64,000 nt of DNA from Turneriella sp. (GTDB lineage: Bacteria; Spirochaetota; Leptospiria; Turneriellales; Turneriellaceae). Positions 59,334-64,000 of this stretch are shown here, piece by piece; the first letter of the stretch is position 1; each line of letters opens with the position of its first letter. The notes under the pieces are model-generated. The model searched no databases. It was not told where the DNA came from and saw only the letters and a list, made by a program, of their open reading frames with translations. The stretch covers positions 1,984,001-2,048,000 of the forward strand of contig CBDIID010000003.1 in the NCBI GenBank assembly GCA_965279515.1, given 5' to 3'. Both the position numbers and the translations under genes were made by a program.

Positions 59334-60329
59334 ATGGCCTTCCCGATCAAAGTTGCCTTTTTGGGTACGGGGGCGATCGGCGCCTCGCTCGTGCGCGCGC
59401 TGTGGCTCAATAAAATACCGTTCACGATTCTGGTGCGGGACAAAAAGCGTAAGGCGGATTTACTCGCACATGGCATCCGCTATCGTCTGAAAGATCTTAC
59501 CCACGTTCAACTCGGCGAAGAGTTCGAAGTGCGCACTGTTAGCGAAGGCAAGAAGTACGATTTCATCTTTCTGGGTATGAAGACCCCAAACCTCGGCGCA
59601 TCGGCAACGATCGCAAAAAAACACCTCGAAAAAAATGGCCGCATTATCCTTCTGCAAAATGGCCTGCCCGAAACCGCGGTGAAAGGTTATAAAGAAGAAC
59701 AAATCATTTCCGGCATCGTCGGCTACAACACGCAGCTCATGCCCGACGGCAGTTTTTTTCAATCGAACCCCGGGCATTTGATTCTGGGGACATCCGCCGA
59801 ACTGCCGAAAGATCTCAAGACGGCCCTTGAACCGCACCAACCCATTGTGCTGACGCATAACGCCATCGGCTTCCGCTGGAACAAACTCGCGATCAATTCT
59901 GTGATCAATGGCCTGGGTGCAGTAACAGGTCTGGCGCTGGGTCCGTTATTCTCCCGCGGCGATGCACGGCGCGCAGCGATCACTCTGATCCAGGAAGCCG
60001 CCGCCGTCATGAAGGCGCTCCGCATTGAAGAGGGGATTGTTCCCGGTGCAATCTCGGTCTACAAGCTTGCCGGATGGCCGGCGTTTTTGCAACATCTGGT
60101 GATCTACATTCTCGGGCGCAAATACGCGAAAATCAGAACCTCGATGCTGCAGGACATTGATAAGGGCATCAAAACCGAAGTCGATGAAATCCACGGCGCG
60201 ATCGTCGCTGCCGCAAAACGAGCCGGTGCGCCGGTGCCCCTGACAGCCGAGATCGTGCAGCGTGTGCATGCGCTGGAATCGGGAAAAGCAAAATCCAACC
60301 CGGATTATTTTAGGGAGGTAAAACGATGA
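59334..60329 (+). CDS. panE: 2-dehydropantoate 2-reductase
   Basis: GTGAIG, LQNGL, WNKLAINS, TSMLQDI..G.KTEVD.I.G. Confidence 0.9.
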   Translation: MAFPIKVAFLGTGAIGASLVRALWLNKIPFTILVRDKKRKADLLAHGIRYRLKDLTHVQLGEEFEVRTVSEGKKYDFIFLGMKTPNLGASATIAKKHLEKNGRIILLQNGLPETAVKGYKEEQIISGIVGYNTQLMPDGSFFQSNPGHLILGTSAELPKDLKTALEPHQPIVLTHNAIGFRWNKLAINSVINGLGAVTGLALGPLFSRGDARRAAITLIQEAAAVMKALRIEEGIVPGAISVYKLAGWPAFLQHLVIYILGRKYAKIRTSMLQDIDKGIKTEVDEIHGAIVAAAKRAGAPVPLTAEIVQRVHALESGKAKSNPDYFREVKR

Positions 60330-61138
60330 AAGCACTCATTGTCGGTGGCAGCGGCGTGGCCGGTCAGTGTGCGGTACGCGCGCTCAAAGAATTTGATGCC
60401 GGCGCAGAAATCTGGGCAACAAGTTCGCGCGACGGCGATGTGGCAGGCGCCACACACACCATCCGCAACATCGATCTGAATAAACCCGAATCATTGACGC
60501 AGCTAAAAACCTTCAAAGAAAAGTTGGATTACCTCTTTTACACGCCGGCTTTTGGCTCAGTGGGAAATCCCGTTGCCGAGGCGAGCCGCGAAGAGGTAAA
60601 GCAGGCGAATGCGTTTTGCCTCGACCCGATGGTTGTGCTCACAGAGGCAATCCGACCGAAAATGACTGTGGCTTACACCGCGTATTACTTCAAGCCGCAC
60701 CTGCTGGCTTTTTATGGCGCGCTGGCCTATGTTAAATACGCGACGGAAAAGCTCGCGGTGGAAAATCCCGCACAATACAAATGCCTGCGCATCGGTTCTT
60801 TTGTCAGCAAAGCGACGCGCGGCATCGGCCTGCTGCTGCAGCGCATGTCAAAAACCGCCCCGCATCTGAAACCGCTGATGGAACTCTATGCGCAATCGGG
60901 CATGAAATTTTCGGATTTCTTTTTTGATTATATCTCTAAGGAAGAGAAAAAGAATATCGCGGGCGACCGGCCCTACCACATGACGACGGAGGCTGACATC
61001 GTCGCGGCGCACTTGCGGCTGCTGCAAGGCGAAACGGCACCGATTATCAATGTACTGGGTGATCAGATTTGGGCTGAAAAAACTCTGCCCGCTCTGCCGC
61101 CGGAAATGGCGGGCGCTGAAGCGTTACTCGCGAAATAA
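60326..61138 (+). CDS. Atypical SDR oxidoreductase (FabI-like motifs)
   Basis: GGSGVAG Rossmann motif, Y-x6-K (YGALAYVK), SKATRGI. Confidence 0.65.
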   Translation: MKALIVGGSGVAGQCAVRALKEFDAGAEIWATSSRDGDVAGATHTIRNIDLNKPESLTQLKTFKEKLDYLFYTPAFGSVGNPVAEASREEVKQANAFCLDPMVVLTEAIRPKMTVAYTAYYFKPHLLAFYGALAYVKYATEKLAVENPAQYKCLRIGSFVSKATRGIGLLLQRMSKTAPHLKPLMELYAQSGMKFSDFFFDYISKEEKKNIAGDRPYHMTTEADIVAAHLRLLQGETAPIINVLGDQIWAEKTLPALPPEMAGAEALLAK

Positions 61139-61149
61139 CACAAAGCATG

Positions 61150-61177
61150 AACCAGGGAACATCACCGTTCCCTGGTT
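61150..61177. terminator. Hairpin between convergent genes
   Basis: aaccagggaac-atcacc-gttccctggtt, 11-bp perfect stem. Confidence 0.75.
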
Positions 61178-61193
61178 AAGGTTAAATCACCCA

Positions 61194-61799
61194 TCAGAAC
61201 TGGTGATTCCACGCAAATGTGTGGTGGGCGTATTGTTCCTGGCGCGGAATCGGAATGTAGCTGGTTTTTTGCTGTAAGTCCAGCGCACGATAAAGATCTT
61301 GATTGTAGCTCTCTGTCGCCGCAACGAGTTTATTGCTTGAGATTACCGCAAATACAATTCCGACAGCCAAGCTACCGCCGCCGATCCCCCAGAAATAAGC
61401 CGGGCCGAGACTTTCTCTCGTACTTTTGGTGATATTGCCGTTTAACTGTAAACCAATCATCCAACCAAGAAAACCACCGCCAATCGTTGAAAAAATGGTC
61501 GAGCCTGTTTGCCAGCGCGAATGGCTTGAGTACAGAGAACGTGTCGGCTCGCTGGCATAACCAGCAGAAAATAATGGGTCGATTTGGAGAGGGGTAACCT
61601 GTACGGCGTTGATCTTATAACCCCGGCCTGCCGAATCAATTAAGTTTTCCTGGTATTTCTTTTCTCGTTCAGCCTGCGGCTTGCCTTTGTAAGCCTGAAC
61701 GTCTACGGGTGAAGCCGGCACAGGCAGCGACACGCAATTCGCGACGCTCATTGCCGCAAGGGCAATAGCCGCATAAAAAAATAGGTTTCTGTTTTTCAT
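61194..61799 (-). CDS. Hypothetical lipoprotein/membrane protein
   Basis: RBS aggag, lipobox-like VANC, two Gly-rich hydrophobic segments. Confidence 0.7.
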   Translation of the reverse strand: MKNRNLFFYAAIALAAMSVANCVSLPVPASPVDVQAYKGKPQAEREKKYQENLIDSAGRGYKINAVQVTPLQIDPLFSAGYASEPTRSLYSSHSRWQTGSTIFSTIGGGFLGWMIGLQLNGNITKSTRESLGPAYFWGIGGGSLAVGIVFAVISSNKLVAATESYNQDLYRALDLQQKTSYIPIPRQEQYAHHTFAWNHQF

Positions 61800-61936
61800 T
61801 GTTAACTCCTGATAGACAAAACTGTTTCCAAAGCCGCCTGTATTTATTCACAGCTACGGCGAAGCGTGCACATATCTGCTTGCAGACGCTGTGGCAATAA
61901 TTTTTATTATGCATCAAAAAAAGATCTAGCATCAGC

Positions 61937-61965
61937 ATCGATTAAGCCCAGTGCTCTTAATCGAT
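61937..61965. other. Inverted repeat downstream of padR (terminator or operator)
   Basis: atcgattaag-N9-cttaatcgat. Confidence 0.5.
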
Positions 61966-62014
61966 ATCCACTTCCGTATATTTCCGTTTTCTTCGGGCCA
62001 CCGCTCTACATAGA

Positions 62015-62575
62015 CTAATCTGCTTTGCGCAGCGCAGTTATTGCATCGGTAAGCCATTCCTGTTCTGCCTTCACCGCCCGACGGCCGTAATCGAGGGTTA
62101 GTTGCGCATACACCTGGTGCGGCGGTGGATTCTTAACTTCGGAAAGCTGCTTTTGAATCTGCTGAAACGCCCTCTGCAACTCGATACTCTTCTGGCGATG
62201 GCGCTCGAGTTCGGCGACCAGAAATTCAGAAGCGGCTTCTTTGCCGAAAAATACCTTGAGCAGAAGTTCGTTGCGCATGACTTCGGGCTCAGTCTCGCTG
62301 GACAACCATTCGCGCAGCTCTTTGCGGCCTGCGGCGGTGATGCGGTAGGGGGTAGGCTTTGTGCCACGAGCCTTGGTTGTTACCGACACAATCTTGCCTT
62401 GCTTCTCAAGTTCTTTCAAGGTTGGATAAATCTGCCCAAAGCTTTCTTGCCAGAAAAAGCCGATGCTGCTTTCGATATACTTTCGCATCTCGTAGCCGGT
62501 GCATTCGCGTTGCGAGAGAATACCCAGCAGCGCATAACGCGTTTTCTTTTTCCGTTGGGGATTTTTTGTTTTCAT
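62015..62575 (-). CDS. PadR family transcriptional regulator (AphA-like subfamily)
   Basis: ALLGIL, TGYEM, FW.ES.GQIYPTL, Y.IT.AGR.EL..W, ELLLKVFF. Confidence 0.93.
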   Translation of the reverse strand: MKTKNPQRKKKTRYALLGILSQRECTGYEMRKYIESSIGFFWQESFGQIYPTLKELEKQGKIVSVTTKARGTKPTPYRITAAGRKELREWLSSETEPEVMRNELLLKVFFGKEAASEFLVAELERHRQKSIELQRAFQQIQKQLSEVKNPPPHQVYAQLTLDYGRRAVKAEQEWLTDAITALRKAD

Positions 62576-62865
62576 GGCCTATACATGTTCCAAAGGATGA
62601 TGGAGTTTAACCCCGCGAGTAACACAACTATGGGAGTCCACAGCAGGCGTTCGCGTCGGCTCCGTGAAATGGCATTCATGATTGTCCCTAGCGCTGCATA
62701 GACCGTCACAACCCACTGTAAAGTTACCAGGGTGATACCGATAGCAGGAAGTGGGAGAAATCCACCGGAAATAAGATTGATAGCAGCAAAAGCCGTGAGA
62801 ACCATGACGGAGATGGCGCTGCCGAGATGCAGCGCGGCCGAAATGGCAGCGAGTGTTGCAATCAT
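62572..62865 (-). CDS. Small hypothetical membrane protein
   Basis: ATGA overlaps on both sides; hydrophobic; NAISRSRRERLLWTP motif. Confidence 0.65.
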   Translation of the reverse strand: MIATLAAISAALHLGSAISVMVLTAFAAINLISGGFLPLPAIGITLVTLQWVVTVYAALGTIMNAISRSRRERLLWTPIVVLLAGLNSIILWNMYRP

Positions 62866-63563
62866 TGGCCCGCCTCTTGCAAAAACATCGCCCCGATAAT
62901 AACCACGTCTTGCACAAAGTGGATGAGCCATGCCCAAAAAAAACCGCCGGTCTCTTGCATCGATTTCGCGAGTAGCCAGCCTAAGAATCCAGCCATGAAA
63001 ACACCGGGCGCTCCCCCCGGAGCGCCAAAATAATGCGCGGCACCGAAAAGCGCACCTGAAAACAAGGGAGCATAGCGATGCCACCGCGTGCCATCGAGCG
63101 CCGTGACAAGGGTATGGCGGTAGATGAGTTCTTCGGCCAGCGAGTTCGAAAACGACAGTAAGAGGATTGGTATTATCAAAGAAGGAAGAGTGGACAGAGC
63201 AAACTTTTTTACTGGTATCTGCAGCACGATAACGACCGCCGTGATAACCGTGATTACCCCCAGCAGCTGCCATCCCTGCCGGCTCCAGTTATCCCCGTGC
63301 CGCAGACCGAGCCAGCGCACCGGCCGAACATTGCCTGCGATGCTGTTCAATTTCAGATAGCCAAGGCTCGTTTTTGTCAAGAGCGTGAAGCTCAGAAGAC
63401 ATAGGGGCGCCGCTATGAGCCAGGCCGACTGTTGTGCATGAACAAGGCGTGAAAACGCTGATTTTTCACCAGGCGGCATCCATAAAAACGGAAGGCACGG
63501 TAACAACGCACCGCCGAAAAGATTTGCCGCAAGCATGACCCAGGTACGCGCCGGCAGCAACAT
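62862..63563 (-). CDS. CPBP (CAAX/Abi) intramembrane metalloprotease
   Basis: EELIYR, FGAAHY, IHFVQD motifs. Confidence 0.9.
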   Translation of the reverse strand: MLLPARTWVMLAANLFGGALLPCLPFLWMPPGEKSAFSRLVHAQQSAWLIAAPLCLLSFTLLTKTSLGYLKLNSIAGNVRPVRWLGLRHGDNWSRQGWQLLGVITVITAVVIVLQIPVKKFALSTLPSLIIPILLLSFSNSLAEELIYRHTLVTALDGTRWHRYAPLFSGALFGAAHYFGAPGGAPGVFMAGFLGWLLAKSMQETGGFFWAWLIHFVQDVVIIGAMFLQEAGQ

Positions 63564-63590
63564 ATCTACTAGATATATCTTTTAGATATG
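63561..63590. promoter_or_regulatory. Candidate PadR operator overlapping the CPBP start codon
   Basis: catatctactagatatatcttttagatatg: 26/30 palindrome made of two ATATCT-N3-AGATAT units. Confidence 0.65.
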
Positions 63591-63682
63591 GCAACAAGTT
63601 AATTTCTGTTTTCAGGGCTGTCTCGGTGAGCCTTGAAATGGATTTCCTCTTCACCGCCTGTCTTCGCGCCCGATTTTGCCGC

Positions 63683-64000
63683 ATGAAAATCGCAAATCCG
63701 AATATGCAGGAACTCTCTGGCAAGGCGCCGGCAGACGTTTCAAAAGCCAAATACAAACAATACGGCAAATACCTCGGCGACTTCGTGGTCGGTGAAACGT
63801 ACGAGCACCCGCGCGGCATGACTGTTACTCCCGCCTTTATCCAGGACTTCTCAACAACCTTTCTCGAAGCGAACCCTCTTTATTTAAACCTCGAATACGC
63901 CAAAGCGCTCGGCCACCCGGCGATTCCCGCAAGCCCGATGCTCGTCTTTAACCTCTTGCTCTCGCTCGGTGTGCAGAACGATTCTGAAAAGGCCTATGCC
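63683..64000 (+). CDS. MaoC family (hot-dog fold) dehydratase, 3' truncated by window
   Basis: My translation: MKIANPNM...YGKYLGDFVVGETYEHPRGMTV...EANPLYLNLEYAKALGH. Confidence 0.85.
   Translation, partial: MKIANPNMQELSGKAPADVSKAKYKQYGKYLGDFVVGETYEHPRGMTVTPAFIQDFSTTFLEANPLYLNLEYAKALGHPAIPASPMLVFNLLLSLGVQNDSEKAYA

Noticed and set aside
62866..63273. N-terminal extension of ORF 62572-63273
   Set aside because: Overlaps the CPBP gene in another frame; the ATGA-coupled start at 62865 is more plausible.

Overview
Gene-dense bacterial chromosomal window. Many lipoprotein-type genes, LipL45/FecR-like and DUF1566 proteins and moderate GC suggest a Leptospirales spirochaete, Turneriella-like (inference only). 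Contents in order: the end of a TonB-receptor/BNR operon; an envelope cluster (pseudo-transglutaminase, non-catalytic M16 subunit, FecR-like protein, DUF1566 lipoprotein); an HDOD / REC-class III cyclase / 2x cNMP-binding operon; a nitrite/NO respiration island (nirK-nirV-sco-nnrS-copD, Crp/Fnr regulator, norCBQD, two FNR-type boxes); eno; an interrupted rpsP-khpA-rimM-trmD operon; metH; hybrid kinase, FG-GAP lipoprotein, HtrA, EamA; a DUF2946-like gene paired with a secreted Cys-rich protein; an acsA-pdhABC-ACP operon preceded by acyl-CoA ligase, CHAD and PPTase genes; PLD, recX, panE, an atypical FabI-like SDR; a CPBP-PadR operon; and a partial MaoC gene. I saw no rRNA, tRNA, CRISPR array or transposase. 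Best leads: (1) a cyclase with guanylate-type specificity residues co-encoded with two stand-alone cNMP receptors, a candidate cGMP circuit; (2) GC-rich palindromic elements translated in frame inside up to six unrelated genes; (3) the E3-less, ACP-linked acsA-pdhABC operon; (4) a possible metal-sensing leader gene controlling a metallothionein-like exported protein. All calls come from motif reading by eye; no searches were run.
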